From Lama guanicoe (taxonomy: Eukaryota), in contig MU056802.1 in the NCBI GenBank assembly GCA_013239625.1, positions 62,001 through 126,000 of the forward strand: a DNA stretch of 64,000 nucleotides, given 5' to 3'. Below, one piece after another: positions 1-13,669 of the stretch. How positions within the stretch are numbered: the stretch's first letter is position 1; each line of letters opens with the position of its first letter. The notes beneath the pieces are model-generated. The model had not been told where the DNA came from and did not search any database. It saw nothing but the letters and a program-made list of their open reading frames with translations. The translations under genes and the position numbers were made by a program.

Positions 1-1478
1 TTGGGGGAGGGCACAGCTGGGCCACAGCCAGTCCTCACCACTGGGGACCTCCCTGACTTTCACACAGGTGTCCTCTTCTGGTGGCAGTGCCTGGCACACC
101 TCTGCACCTGTTGAGTGATGCTGTGACCTGAGACGCTGGGTTTTACCACACTCGCTCGCAAGCTGAGTCCAAAGGCCCAGGAGCCCGGGGGCTGGCACTG
201 CCACCCTGCTAGGCCAGTCCAGCAGGTCTGCAACCTACTTAGGATGACAAAAGTACACTCAGCCCGGTACAGGCAGGAAGCCCCGCTTCTTGTAACCAGG
301 GCACAGCCTGCCTCAGAAGAGATGGACAGGTGGACCCCAAGGGAGAGAGCCATCGGCCTGTCCTCAGATTAGGCTACGTGCCTAACCCCTGCCACTTCCT
401 CCTTCAACCCCACCCCCAGGCAGAATTCTCTGGAGTAAGAAGGAAAGGTCCTAGAAGCCAGACCGACACTAAGGGCCCCTGTGCAGAACAGGCCAAAGCG
501 GAGAGGTGTGGGTGAGCACGGAGGAGAGGACTGGGGGCAGCGGGCGTGGCTCAGGTCTGGCAGCGCACCGAGGGCAGGAACAGGACAGTGGAGACACTCG
601 TTCCAAGAGTTTTTGTCACCTGCAGGGACAGCACCACCAGGACAGAGCGGTTCCCGCCAGACAAGCAAAGGTCTTGGCCACGGAGGCTGTGGCACCCAGC
701 ACAGCTCTGAAGGCCTCAGGCCTCGCAGAGCCAACACCTTCCCCACCTCTTGGGACCTCAGGGCGAGGGCAGTGCCAGGCCCCCAGTGCCGGCCTGGCAG
801 GACCCTGCGCCCTGGACACAACAGGCCTGTGCAGCAGGACACCTTGTGCTGGGAACACTGAGGCCCCGGGCGTGCTTCCTGGCCCCACACTGAGAGGCGT
901 GGAAGGAACTGGCCTTTCTGAAAGCTCACTTCATTTTAAGCCCTGAGCACCGCCACTGCTTGACACTAGCGCGGGACAGGTGGACAAACGCCTGGTCCCT
1001 CTCACCACAAGGTGAGTCCCAGGCAGCCCCTGGTGCTGGACATGAGAAGTTCTCACCAGGGGGTGCCTCATACGTGGTGATGGAGCTGAGTCCCAGCAGC
1101 AGCCTTGGGGCTCTCAGCCCAGCAAGTGGGCACCAGACCCTTAGGCCAGGCATAGGTCTCCTTTCAAAGGTCAGAAGGGTGAGGCTGGAGCAGGAGGCCC
1201 CTCTGGAGGGCAGCTCAGGAAGGTCTCCCAGGCAGCCAACCCACAGCAAGCTCCTGCCTGAGCCACCAGCCCGGCATGCGCCTTGGCTGGCTGGAGTGGC
1301 CTGGGAAAGCCACGTGCATGACTCCCAGTGGGAAGCCCAACACAAGTGTGCGGCTCCCCTCATCTGCCCCTGGGAGGGGGGGCAGGCTCTGCCAGCTTGA
1401 CGTGGGAGAACCTCGGTCACGTGCCCACGAGGGGCCCACAAAGCCACCAGGACAGTGTAAGGATGAAGAACCACCTGC

Positions 1479-1484
1479 TTTACT
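1479..1484 (-). terminator. Candidate ANAPC2 polyadenylation signal (variant AGTAAA)
   Basis: tttact on plus, ~75 nt past the stop codon; no canonical AATAAA nearby. Confidence 0.4.
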
Positions 1485-1559
1485 CGGCACTCGGGGCTGT
1501 GCAGGATGTAGGGATGCCCCCGCCAGCGGGACCGGGCAGGGCAGGCCCCGCGGAGACGG

Positions 1560-4500
1560 TCAGCTGCAGTTCTTGGGCAGGCGGTAGACGCCGGCGGAGT
1601 AGACAAGCTGCTGGTCCCGCACCTTCTTCTGCAGGAAGGCCTGGAGCTCAGGCAGGTCGATCTCGGCCAGCGCGGGGCCGGTCACCACGAACATGCGCAG
1701 CATGCTGTACATGCGCTCCAGCGACAGGCTCTCCAGGTTGGTCAGCATGGCCTGGATATATGTCCAGAAGAGCTGTGGGGTACAGCGGCCAGGTTGGCTG
1801 CCACCTCAGCGCCCCGGCACCACTCCCTGACGCCCCACCCCCACGTCCCACCCGGCGCTCCGTCCCCCGCACCAGCAGCTCCTCCTCCTTCTGGTCGGCT
1901 TGGGAGGCCATGCCCGAGTCGCTCTCGTCGTCGCTGTCGATGAGCACCATGTTGTCCCGGTCCTGAGGCCGCTCTTCCTCCACCACCGAGAAGGTGCCGG
2001 CCGGCTCCTCGCGCAGCACGCCCTGCTGCAGCCACACTGACATGCGCCGCCGCAGCAGTGCCACGGGCATCTTCACCGCCTTGCTCAGCTCCTCCAGGGT
2101 CCAGCTGGCTGCGGGTAAGGGTGGGCACGCTGGGCGGGGCAGGGCCTCCCTCGGCCTCGCCAGCCCTGCTCAGCAGGACCCGCCCAGAAAGGGGCCTGGG
2201 AGGGGTGGCCCCAGGCCATCCGCCCTCTGCCAGACACTGAGCAGTGCCCTGGTGGGCTCACCTTGGTCCTGGAAGTACAGCAAGACCACTGCCTGCACAG
2301 GGGTGACAGCCACAGACAGGGTGCGGTCGGCCAGCTCCACATCCATGGTCACCAGGCCCAGGGTGTGCTTCCAGCTGAGCGTCCGCATGGCCTGCGGAGG
2401 GCCGGGGTTAGCACAGGCAGCTGGGCTGGGCTGGCTGAACTAGGCTTGGCTATGCAGCACCGGGTGAGCAAGGGGCTCCCTGACCTGCTTCCCCATCCCT
2501 GAGCAGGCAGGTGGACAGGCACATGGCGGGGCTCCAGTTCCCACATCCTTAACCAGCACAATCTACTGAGAGCCACTGTATCTCCGAAAGAGACGTCCAC
2601 GTCTTAATCCCCAGGGCCTCAGAATGGGACCTGACTTGGAAACAGGGTCTTTGCAGAGGCCATTAAGATGAGGTCACCCTGGAGTCACATTGGCTCTAAT
2701 CTAATCCAATCGGTGCCCTTGTAAGAGGGTAGACGGTGTGCAGACAGACACAGGGAGACGGCAGCAGGGACTGGAGGGCCACAGGCACCACCAGAAGCTG
2801 GAAGAGGTGGGAAGGACTCGCCCACAGCCTCCAGGAGCAGAGCCCTGACACCCTGACGGCAGACTCCGGCCTCCAGAGCTAAGCGCCGTCTCAGCCGCCT
2901 GGTTAGTGGTACTTTGCTACAGTAGCTGCAGGGAAGTGGCACAGAACTCAGCCCTGGGAGGGGGCACTGCTGTACAGATAATACTTTTTTAAAAACCTGG
3001 AAGGGGCTGTGGTGGTGGAGGATTGGAAGAGGCCGGGAAAGTTTTGGGCCACGTGTTTGCAAGCCCAGGGTGCCCTCCTATTGGTACAAACACATGGTAC
3101 AAATACATGTCATTCTCCTGAGGTCTGTTGAAACAAGAAACATATCACTGGAAACTGGAGTAAAGCTGGCCCTTACTAAGAGGTGGAAGAGACCTGTTCT
3201 GTTGGGTGGAAAGCAGAACTTTCGAGGGATGGACTTGGATATTTGGCTGAGATTTCCAAGTAGAAACTGGAAGGTGCAACCTGGTTTCTAACTGAAAGGG
3301 AAACCGAAGGAGCCGGTGAGCAAGAAGGAACCAGCACCTGGTGATGTGGACCTTTGCCCACACGCTCCGTGGACAGAGCCAAGAGCGTGGTCCCAGTGGG
3401 GAGCCGTGTCCAGGTGACGCCAACCAGCAGTGTGCGGGAAGCTGGGACAGAGAGGGTCCATGAACAGTGTGAAAGCCCCAGTCTAGCAGACTGGGCACCG
3501 TGACCCATACAGAGGCCAACGAGGTTTCTGAGGATTTCATGCCGCCCTGAACAGAAAGGGAGGGGTGGCGTGGCTCTAAGGGCAAAGCTGGGCCGCAAAG
3601 CTGAGTGGAAGTTCCTCCACTAGGTTTCAGGATTGCTTAGGCCTGGGGCCCTCTGTTCCCTTCCGGATTCTCCACGGGAGTGCCTGCCCCTCCACTGGAC
3701 TTTGGAAGCAGAGAGATACTTGCCTGGCTTCACAGCTGAAGAACTGCATGCCAGTGCTCACACTGCCCCGACCCGGACGCTACTTAGGCGCTGAGCTGTG
3801 GGGCTCTGCGCTGGGGCTGCGACAGCTGACTTTTGGGGATGCTGAACTTGGCTAAGTGTACTTTGCATGTGAGAAGGACATGAATTTTGGAGGCCAGAGG
3901 GTGGACTCTGATGGGTTGAACCGTGACCTCTGAAGAAGAAAGTCCTAGTCCCCAGGCCGCGAACACCAGTGACCGTACTTGGAAATCGGGTCAGTACAGA
4001 CGCAGTTAGTTAAGACGAAGTCTTACGCGGGCAGAGTGGGCCCCCCTTCAAGTTACTGCTGGTCTGTTGGTAGAAGAGGGAAACCTGCACACAAAGATGC
4101 TGGGAGAGACCACGCGCCGAGAGGCCGGGGCTGCAGGGATGCGCCTACAAGCCAAGCGCACTGGCGCCCCCCCAGCAGCTGGAGGAGGAGCACGGCCCTG
4201 CCAGCACTTTGATCCCAGCCTTCTGGCTGCCAACACTGAGACAATAAATTTCTGTGTTCTGAAGGCCTACCGGCATGGTGCTTAGCTGCGGCCATCCCCA
4301 GGACACAGACAAAGCCACTGGGCCGAGTGCCACTGAGTCCCTCCGCTAACCCTAACCCTAACCCTTAGGAGAAAGCAACAACTGACCCCGCTTTGCAGAA
4401 AGGGAAGGGAGGCCAGGCTGGAAGCCTGCCTGGGCCATGAACAGGCACTCGAGCTCCAAGGCCGCGCCCTCGACAACCGCCTCTCCAGGCTGCAGCAGGG

Positions 4501-7500
4501 CAGGTGCAAGGCCCAGTGGCGGACGACACAGCCCCCCACACGCGTTTGGCACAGTCCTCAGGCCAGGAGCCCAGTTGGTGGGAGGCAGAGGCACCCTGGC
4601 CACAGGCCCGACCTCTCGGGGCCTCCCTGGGGCCTGCCCTGGCCACTCCAGCGTCCGGCTGGCGTTGAGACGAGGTGTGCTGGAGTGGCCGGCATGTCGG
4701 GTCCATCAGGCTGGGAAGTATGCCGTGTCTGAGATAGCACCAGAACCAGGGTCACACTCAGGCGGAAGCCAGCAGGGCCGCTCCCAGCAGGGGTGCTGGA
4801 GAGCAGAGGGAAGCCGCGTGCCAACAGGACAGCCAGAGGGCTGGGGGAGGGCACCGAGCATGGGTGGACCAGCCGCGTACCTATTCTCAACCAGGAAGAG
4901 GTGGGGAGCAGTGCTGAGGCCCCACAGAGGAGCTGCTCCGGGGGCGGGAGCAGGGGCAGGAAGCCGGGGGTGGCTGGGAGCCACCAGACTCTCAGAGGCT
5001 GCAGGCCAGCTCCTGCGGTCCTGCCACTGCCCAGCCTCCCCACCCCGGGGCCCCCCGCCCTTGCCTGTCACTGGAAGTAAGGCCACTCGAGGGACTGGCC
5101 GTCCTGTGCTCAGCCCTCCACCCTCAGACACTAGGTTCCTCAGCCTTCATAGCAGCTGCATCTAGACCACCTCACAGCAAACCTCCAGAAGCTGTCACCC
5201 CTCCTGCAGCCAGGCCTGGCCTAGCCCCCACCTGCTGCCTTCCTGGGGCTCCATCCCGAGGGCTCCCTGAGCCTCAGCTTCTGGCTCCTCACCTCCAGGG
5301 GTGTCCCAGGTCCCTCCAGGGCTCAGGATATGCACCCTGCATACCTGTGGCTCCGTTCTCTGCTCGGGTGCCTTGCATCCCCTCAGGCCTGTGGCCTCTT
5401 GGGCCCTACACCCCACTCCTCAGACTAAATGCCCCAGAACCTGCTTTTCCACCCGTCCCCAGAAACCTAAGACAGGTGTGCTGACTCCCTTCTCTCTCCC
5501 AACACTTCTCCACCGAAGCATCACCTGGAAGGAAAGGTCCTCTGTGCCACTGACCCCTGCCCATGCCAGGCTCCATCCGCCCACACCTCTTGCCTGGACC
5601 CCCTGCCCCGGGACTGCTGGGTTCGGCCCCGCGGGAGGGACAAGCAATAAACTCAGCCAATGGACCACCCTGAGCCCATGGCCCTGACCACCCACACACC
5701 CTGTGGCACTGCCCCTTCTCTCCTCCTCACCAGAGCCTTGTGGCCCAGGGACCTGACAGCAGATGGCACAGTCCTGGTCCTTGAGTGTCCCGGGACCAGA
5801 AAGCTGCTTCCAGGGAAACAAGCCAGGGGAGGGGCAGGATGGGGATGGGCACAGAAGTCAAACACCTCAAGAGCAGCCTGGACGCACCCTGGACATGCCC
5901 TGGGCACATGCCAGATGGGCCCCCGCCCCTGACTCTCCCTCGGGAGAGCACAGCACCCCAGGCCCTGGTCCTGAGGTCAAGAGCGTGGACCGTGGAAGCA
6001 GCAGCCCGGGGGCAAGCCCACCCCAGTGCTTTTGGAGAGAAAGCGCAGGTGCACACACACTCCCAGGAGGGGAGGGGCGGCTGTGGGTGGCGTGCAGGAC
6101 GCAGACACAGGGGAGGGACACCCAGTCAGGACACGGGCCCGTCGGCCCCCTGGAGGCGCAGCAGTACCTTCAGCTTCTCGTATTTCTTGCAGTAGACGTC
6201 CAGGGCCTCCCTGATGTCCTCGGGGACCTCCAGCTTCTCATCCTTAAATGGCGGCCAGAACTCACTGGACAGGATGACGGCGTAGACCCCAAACGGCGGT
6301 TGCTCCTCCACAGGCCGCTTCTCGTCCTCCTCGCGAATGTTGGCATTGATGCGGCGCGAGTCCGCCATGTCCTGAGGGGGAGACCAGGCCTCCTGAAGGC
6401 TGGGCTGGTGGGGACGGAGACTGGGCAGTGGCAGGAGCCCAAAGAGCCCACCTTGAGCATGACCTCGCAGAAGTGCATCGGGGCCTCGCCGAAGCGCAGC
6501 TTCAGCAGCTCCACGTTGCGGATCTCCCTGGAAGGGTGCGTCTCTGAGGGCTGTGGCATGCCCTGTCCCCACCTGCACCTGCAGCAGTGCCTCACTGCCC
6601 TCCCCAGTGCAGGGATGCCCCTCGGCCAGGAGGAGAGCCAGGGAGCACCGCCCAGACCCAGCCTGCACATCCCTGGGCCCACTCCCTCCCCAGGAGGCCC
6701 GGATCGTCACCCACACCACTAGGGTGGCAGAGGGCAGCCCTCGGGACTGAAGGCCACACCTCGTCCAGACCCAGAGTGGCCTGTCGGGCCTCACCGCTCA
6801 GGGCTGAAGCTGAGCTGGTGCAGCAGGCGGTCAGCCAGCAGGGAGCGGTACTCATTGATGAAGAGGTCCTTGCTGCCGTAGATGCTGACCAGTAGGCTGA
6901 TGATGTCGGAGGAGCGCCGCTTAGAGCTGGACTTCCCTGCACAGCACAGGCACCACTGGCACCTCTCAGAGACAGAGGCAGCGCCATCTGTGCCCGGGGA
7001 GGGCCCGCCCAGCGCAGCCCATGAGGCCCAGGTCTGGATCCCAGGTTGGGGTGAGGGGGTGCACCGGCTGCCCTGAGATCTGCTCCTCCCCCAACCCCAC
7101 GAAAGCAGCAGAGGCGGGTGGGGCAGGCAGGGTGCCCTCCTACAGGTCTGGACGGGGACACAGTCCACCACCACAGCACATGCAGCAACAAGCTGGAGAC
7201 AACCCCCAACAGTCCAGAGCGCAGCAGGGCCGGCAGGCACTGACCTGGATCTGCATCCACAGGGTCAGGGACCCAGTCCTCTGGCTCACCAGAGTCATCC
7301 TCACTGTCCTGGCCGGTCTCCAGGCTGGCAGGGTCTGTCTTGGACAGCTCAACAGCCAAGTCCCCGGTCCCATCCGAGTCCCCGGTCAGCCCCGCCACAA
7401 TCTGCCGCACCGTGTCCTCCCGTGTCCTGCCAAGTGTGACTCCTCACTGCCTGTCCCACCTGACCACACGACCCCACCTGACCCATGCAGCCAGCTCCGG

Positions 7501-10500
7501 TCAGCCACATGCTAACAGCAAGCCCGGTAGACTTTCCCATGACCCCCAAAATCAAAGAGCCACCATTTTCGGACGACAGGAGCTGAGATGATCAGACAGA
7601 CTCATTTGTGAACAAGAGGCAGTAGGAGTGAGTCAGGGAAGCTCCAGATGTTACCCAGTCCAGGTCCCGAGCCTCTACTGCCCACCCTGGGGTCTCTGGG
7701 CGGCTGAGACATGGCACTCACTCAAACACGTTGTCCAACAGAGAGCCTAAGGGTTTCTGCTCCCTGTGGTAGGGAGGGTCAGGCACAAAGGCCCACTCCT
7801 CCATGACAGCCCTGGCCCCATGGGGGCAGCACCAGGCAGAGAGAGGTGGGGGTGTGCATGGGGACCCTGGGTTACGGGCACAGGAGCCGGCACTGGCAAA
7901 AGGGAGGAGCCCTGGTCCGGGAGATGGAGCGGCCCTGGTGCCCCCGGGCCGCGTCTGGCTCCACCACCAACGCGGGCAGCTCGGCTGAGTGGAGATGGGA
8001 GCCCAGTGCTCCCGAGTCTGAGCAGCTCCTGGGAGCCAGCCCAGCACTCACCTCAGGTAGCGGCGTATGGGCTCACAGGCCACCTCCAGGACGACCATGG
8101 AGGGGTCCAGCACGCGCAGCGCCTTGATAGCTGAGATGTAGAGGGTGATGATGTCACACGTGTTCACTCCTATGGCCGGGAGGGCACAGGGACAGGAGGC
8201 AGCCACGCTGGTAAGGTGACTGGCAAGCCGCCACTGTGACCTCACCCCTCAAGAGGCCAGCTGCCACTCTTCACCTCCCACCTGCTCACGTGCGCTTTCT
8301 CCCTGCGCTGAGTGGGGTCTGTCCTGAAGGGATCGGGCACTGCCCTTGCTCCCTACAGACTGCACAAACTGCTTCTTAACCTACTCCCTCCACAGGCCCC
8401 AAGGCTGGAAGGCTGGACCCTAGGGCTCCTGGATCTGGACCCGGAGGCTAAAAGGTACCTGGGTGAAGGAGCCGTGTCTCCAGGGCAGCTTTGAGGGACA
8501 CGAGCAGCTGCTGCCTCTGGTCGGTCCGCTCCAGGCAGTACTTGAGGTCTTCGACAGCTGGCCGCGAATCTGGGAAGTCTGAAGGAAGAGAGCAGGTCCT
8601 GGCACGTGCACACAGGGCACACAGCCGCTGTGCACGTGAGAAGACACTCATATGGGCTGGGGGGTGAGCAGCCACGCCCCCACCTGACCCCAGGGAGAGG
8701 CGCCTGCTGCAGGCCTAGTGTGGCTCTCGCACCTTCCCGTGCCCACACACTTGACCATGACTGCCCTGCAGGGCAGACAGACAGCAATTCCCAAGGGCCA
8801 GCCCAGAGCCAGGACGAGACACCACAGTCCCAGGTGTACCCGCCCCTACTCCCCGAGAGCTGACGGGCAGAGGCTCGGGGAGGCGGCTCCCCGGCAGGCA
8901 CGCCCACCTCGGATGATGCTGAAGAGCTCCTCAATGCGCAGGCCAGCATAGATGCGGTAGAAGAACCTCTGCATGTGGCAGCGCCACCGGCGCAGTGTGT
9001 TGCCAGCCTCTGGGGACGTGGGCCTGCTGGGGCCATCCTGCAGAAACACCTTGCCCAGCCAGCCGACCACCCTCTCAATCCACTGTCAGGAGAGCACAAG
9101 TGTGGGGATTTGGGGGCTGAGCCCAGAACAGGCGCTAGGAAAAGCCACGCAGCTACCCACCCTGCTGGCTGGCCCCAGGGCCACCTGCTCTGGAGTCCCA
9201 GAGTACACCGAAGTCAGCAGGATGAGGGGCTCAAAGGGGGCCTCCCAGGGCCTCCATCAACGCACACCCAGGCCCCTTCCACACACCCAGGGCCCATGCT
9301 CATCTCTGGTGACAGTGACTCTGAGGTAGGGCAGCAGGTCCGAATGCACAGGCGCACCCTGGGAGGCACACGCACAGCCACCCCTTCCACACACAGGCAG
9401 CGCAACCCTCAGTGGGGGCGCTTTCGAGCGCGCGCACATGAGCCTACAGGAGACGCTGCCACACAGACCCGGGGAGGGCACGTCCTCCACAGGCTGTCCG
9501 GCCGCTGACAAGGCTGTCCAATCTGCCGCCTGGGGACAGCACATCTGCCTCACAGGCCTCCGGGCTCACACCTGACCACTGCCACAGATACACCTGCTTT
9601 GAATAGCATACCCATCCCCACCACTGCAGCTTCGCTCCAGTCTCAAGAAACAGGGGCTAGGAAGTGGTGAAGGAGGACAGGTGGGAGGTGGGAGCAGGCT
9701 GACAGCCCCCATGCTTGGGCCCAGCTTCTGTGGAACCCAGAGCTGAGCCTCAGACTATGCCCCAACAGCGTGGACACCCTGAGGCCCCCCCAGGAAACCC
9801 CAGGCTGTGACACTGCTTCCAGCCATGTGATCCCGCACAGACCTCACCAAGCACACCATGGGCTCTTCCTTGCTGTCACCATGGTGGGCCCAGAATGACC
9901 AGCCTGCACTCAGCACCAAGACGGATGGCTTCACCCACCAGCGAGGGCCTGATTCACCCAGGTCTCCATGCCCTGGCAGCTTCTACAGCCAGGATGTCCG
10001 TTTTGCCAGAAACCTATTCTCTGGTCCATAAGGGACAGGGCCTGAAAGGGGTCCTCACCTTATGGAACTCACGCAGAAAGGAGCGCTCATACTCGCCCCG
10101 GCAGCGGTCCTCCATCCTCTCCCGGGTCACCTGGTGCAGGGTGGTGGTCACGGCCTCGGCACTGACCCGCTCCAGCAGACTGAGCCTGTGTCTAGAGGAG
10201 AGCCCTGCCCGTGGAGCACACAGAGCACACCAACAGGCACCCACCGCCACCCTCAGCACATACCTCCCCACGGACCTCCTGGCAGGGACACAGCTGCACC
10301 AAGAGCTCCAAGGAAAAGCTCCTGGGAGGACAGAGGGCTGGCAAGGGGCCACCTGCCCTCCCCAGCTGGCCCACCGCCCACGCTGGGGCACTGGCCTTCC
10401 CCATGGGACCAGCATATCTAGCCACAAGAACCAAAGCTGCAGGAACACTCCCAGAAACACTCCTAAAACAACAGCTAAGTGAGTTACCACTCTGGCCACA

Positions 10501-12257
10501 CATGCAGAGATGCAGCTGTTTGTGCTTTTCAGTGCGGACCACGGCCAGTAATTGCAGACTCATGAGAAAACAAAGAACATTTCCGTGTAACTGTCACCTG
10601 GGAGAAACCCAGCAAAAGCCCTCAGGGACTCCCTGGCCCCGTCCAGCAACAGGGCCACGCCCCGCGGCCAGCCGGAAGACTAGCAGCTGCGCTGCTGCCA
10701 CTTCACTCAATGGGACAAAACCATCACACGTGGTCAGGCAGCAGAGGGACCGCACAACACAACCCGACTCTAACAGCAAAATCCTTTCCTCCTCAAGAGG
10801 TCAGAAGGGCAACCTGTTCATCCAACATGTTGGTCTAACTTCTGACTTGCTCTAGACAAAAGAAATAGCAAGCCCCTTTTTACAATTACAGAACAGAATA
10901 AATATCATTTCTCCACCCAAAAGCTACAAAAAGCACAGCAGAATTCTACCAGACCCAAGAAACTTGGAATCATGTAATCTAAGTCTGAAGCCCTTAAATC
11001 TAAGTGCCAGCAAAATATGGAACTCTGAGCTAGTGTGACAGACAGAAACAACCTGTGTTCAGGACAAAAGGTACAAACTCACAGCACACAGATGCTGAGG
11101 ACTCTCCCTCTGTCATGCTCCTGGCTATCACGACAAGCAGCAGAGACCCCCAGCTCTGCCACCTGTCTCACCAGCTCTCCACAGAGGCCAGCTGGGCCCA
11201 GAAGAGCAAGGCGGAGTCAGGAGGAACAGGGGCCTAGCCACGCAGGTGTGAGTACTCACAGGATCTGGCTGAGCTGGTGGAACTGCTCCAGCGCCTGGCG
11301 GCACCAGCACTGCTGTTTGTCACTGCCACAGCCTGCACACAGGGGGCTCTGCAGAAGGCGGTAGTACCGGCGGCGGGCATACCTGCTGTCCAGTTCTCCC
11401 TCCAGTTCTGGATCTGTACCTCCTTCCCCTTTTCTCTTACTCTGCATATAAACTCTCAAGAAGCGCCCATAAAGACGCTGGATCATCTCCTGAAAAGTTC
11501 TGGGAGTGGAAAAAAACAAGACGCCCCGCAACGTGGTGTGGACCTTTTCCCGAAGCCCCTGAGCGCCGGTGCCCATCAGCAAGCCCAAGCGAGTCCATTT
11601 CTCCAGGAGCTCTAGACTCCGCAGGTAGGGATCCAGGCGGCTCTCCAGCAGACCGAAAGCATCAAGGAGCAGCAGAAGGCACTGGGGCTCATCTGCACAG
11701 TTCTCGCGCTGGCAGATGGCATTCCAAAACTCTAGGGAGATGTTGGCCTGCAGGTCATTCTGCAGCACCTCTACGAACCACTCCTCCAGGACCGAGTGCA
11801 GACCGTGGCCTCGGAGAACCTCCACCGCCGCCCGGAGCTCCTCCTCCTTTGGAGGGACCGCGCCGCTGGTCCGGGAGGATGCCTGGAGTACAGAAAACTG
11901 TGGGGAGAAGGGAATACAGCGCAGAGGTGGAGAGGGCGGTGATAGGTGGGGAGAGGCGAGGAAGAGACGGAGCGAAGGGGAGGCTGCGGAAACCCCGCTG
12001 CCCTTGCTCGCACGGATGCAGAGCCGACGCTAGGGAAGGGCTGTCGAACACGGAGGGACCGTAAAGAGAGGAGGCGAGACAAGCGGACGACGGAGGAAGC
12101 CGTATGAACCCGCCGCCCTCTTCCCGGGCCTCACCAGTCCCAGTGCGGCCGGTGGCACCAGCCCGGTGCTCACGGTATTCCAGGCCACCAGCAGTTCCTG
12201 TGCGGGCCCGGGGTCGTCGTGCGCCTCAGCAGACGCCTCCTCCACCGCCGCCGCCAT
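1560..12257 (-). CDS. ANAPC2: Anaphase-promoting complex subunit 2 (cullin-like), 13 coding exons, 824 aa
   Basis: Exons (minus): 12135-12257, 11260-11882, 10059-10191, 8908-9082, 8459-8578, 8052-8169, 7245-7426, 6795-6936, 6452-6527, 6168-6371, 2262-2391, 1873-2108, 1560-1772. All junctions GT-AG, phases consistent, total 2475 nt. Recognisable APC2 peptides: LLVAWNTVSTGLVPPAALGL, GSKDLFINEYRSLLADRLL, LSSEFWPP, C-terminal YSAGVYRLPKNCS. Confidence 0.97.
2576..4310 (+). mobile_element. MaLR (MLT1-type) LTR retrotransposon remnant, LTR-internal-LTR, in ANAPC2 intron 10
   Basis: Two diverged LTR-like blocks (~2576-2945 and ~3906-4310) with MLT1-like motifs (cttggaaacagggtctttgcaga, aagatgaggtca, ccagaagctggaagagg, gagacaataaatttctgt). 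They are separated by ~1 kb ending in the typical MLT-int 3' motif gagaaggacatgaattttggaggccagagg. Boundaries approximate. Confidence 0.75.
4346..4365. repeat. Short interstitial telomere-like repeat (CTAACC)3
   Basis: ctaaccctaaccctaaccct read directly. Confidence 0.7.
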
Positions 12258-12447
12258 CTGCACCCACCAGTTCCCAGAGCCTCCCGGCGTGGCGCGCGGT
12301 GATGACGCAGGCCTGGGCGCGCGCGCACAGCGATGACGCACGCGAGAGGCGCGCGACGGTGACGTCAGCCGTGGTCACCCCCGTGCGCGTGCGCGGGAAG
12401 CGATGCGGTAGCGGCGGTTGGAGGGAACGGGACCCCGGGCGACGACC
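12258..12447. promoter_or_regulatory. Bidirectional CpG-island promoter ANAPC2/SSNA1
   Basis: Divergent ATGs 190 bp apart. CRE/ATF motifs TGACGCA 12303 and 12334, TGACGTCA 12360; NRF1-like TGCGCGTGCGC 12384; CpG dense. Confidence 0.85.
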
Positions 12448-13669
12448 ATGACCCAGCAGGGCGCGGCGCTGCAGAACTACAACAACGAGCTGGTCAAGTG
12501 TGAGCAGCCGCGCGGCGGGGCCCACCGGGCAGACTGGGAGGAAGTGGGGCTCGCCGGCTTGCGGGCCTGAGCAGTAGGTGGCCCGCAGCGCGCGGTCTGG
12601 CGTGTTGTACGGTCCGTGCGTGGGTGTCCCGGTCGGGGCGGCGCGGACGCCGTCTGGCCCTGTCCAGCGCACAGCCACAGCGTGGCCCGCCCCGAGTGCT
12701 GGGTATCTGGAGAGTGAGCACGCACGGCGTCCCGGGCCCGCGCCCGCGGTCTCGTGCGGTGCCTTCTTTAACCCCGAGACCCCGGGACGCAGGACACTGG
12801 CCTGGCTCGGGCGGAAGGTGGCCCAGCTGGCACCGAGGCCCTCCACTATCCTCTTCCCCACAAAGCGGTGGGCTCCAGAGTGGGAGGGGTGGTGTTCTTC
12901 CAGCCCTGGGCCCACAGCGCGTGCCCTTCTCGGCCTACCTTAGGCATTGAGGAGCTGTGTCAGAAGCGGGAAGAATTGTGCCGGCAGATCCAGCAGGAGG
13001 AGGATGAGAAGCAGCGGCTGCAGAATGAAGTGAGACAGCTGACCGAGAAGCTGGCCCGAGTCAACGAGAACCTGGCTCGCAAGATCGCCTCTCGGAACGA
13101 GTTTGATCGGACCATTGCGGAGACAGAGGCAGCCTACCTCAAGGTGGGGCTGGGGGCCTGCATGCTGGGCAGAGTCCCTCAAGACTTTCTGGCCTGGGGC
13201 GCCCCCACATAGGCCATAGGCCCACTGTGGAGTGACAGATATAGCATGGCTGTCAGTGTGGCCCGGGTCCTGTTGTTTGCACCATGCTTGTTACTACATC
13301 ACTCCTTCCAGACACTGAGCAACAGAGTGGCAGCAGGAGCCAGAGCCAACCTGGGCCTGGCTTCCCAAAGTGTAAGGAAGGGACTTTGAGCTAGACTCAA
13401 AGGGAAAAGGGCCTTGCAGACCCTGTCCGCCCGTCCCTTCAGGCTGCCTTGTCCCACAGACCCTGTCCTGCTGTCCCCTGGCACAGCATAGGATGAGGGC
13501 TGGACTCCAGAGCTTTCCCACAGGAGGAACAGTGACAGCTGTCTCACGTCTCTGTTCTCAGATCCTGGAGAGCTCGCAGACCCTGCTCAGTGTCCTGAAG
13601 AGGGAAGCAGGAAACTTGACCAAGGCCACAGCCTCAGAGCAGAAGAGCAGTGGAGGCAAGGACAGCTGA
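12448..13669 (+). CDS. SSNA1: Sjogren syndrome nuclear autoantigen 1 (NA14, microtubule-binding coiled coil), 119 aa
   Basis: Exons 12448-12499, 12944-13143, 13562-13669 (360 nt); [29 protein letters not shown]...KSSGGKDS. Confidence 0.97.

Noticed and set aside
1-1500. Several 100-226 aa ORFs at the window start
   Set aside because: No homology or exon structure recognised; expected by chance in GC-rich intergenic DNA.
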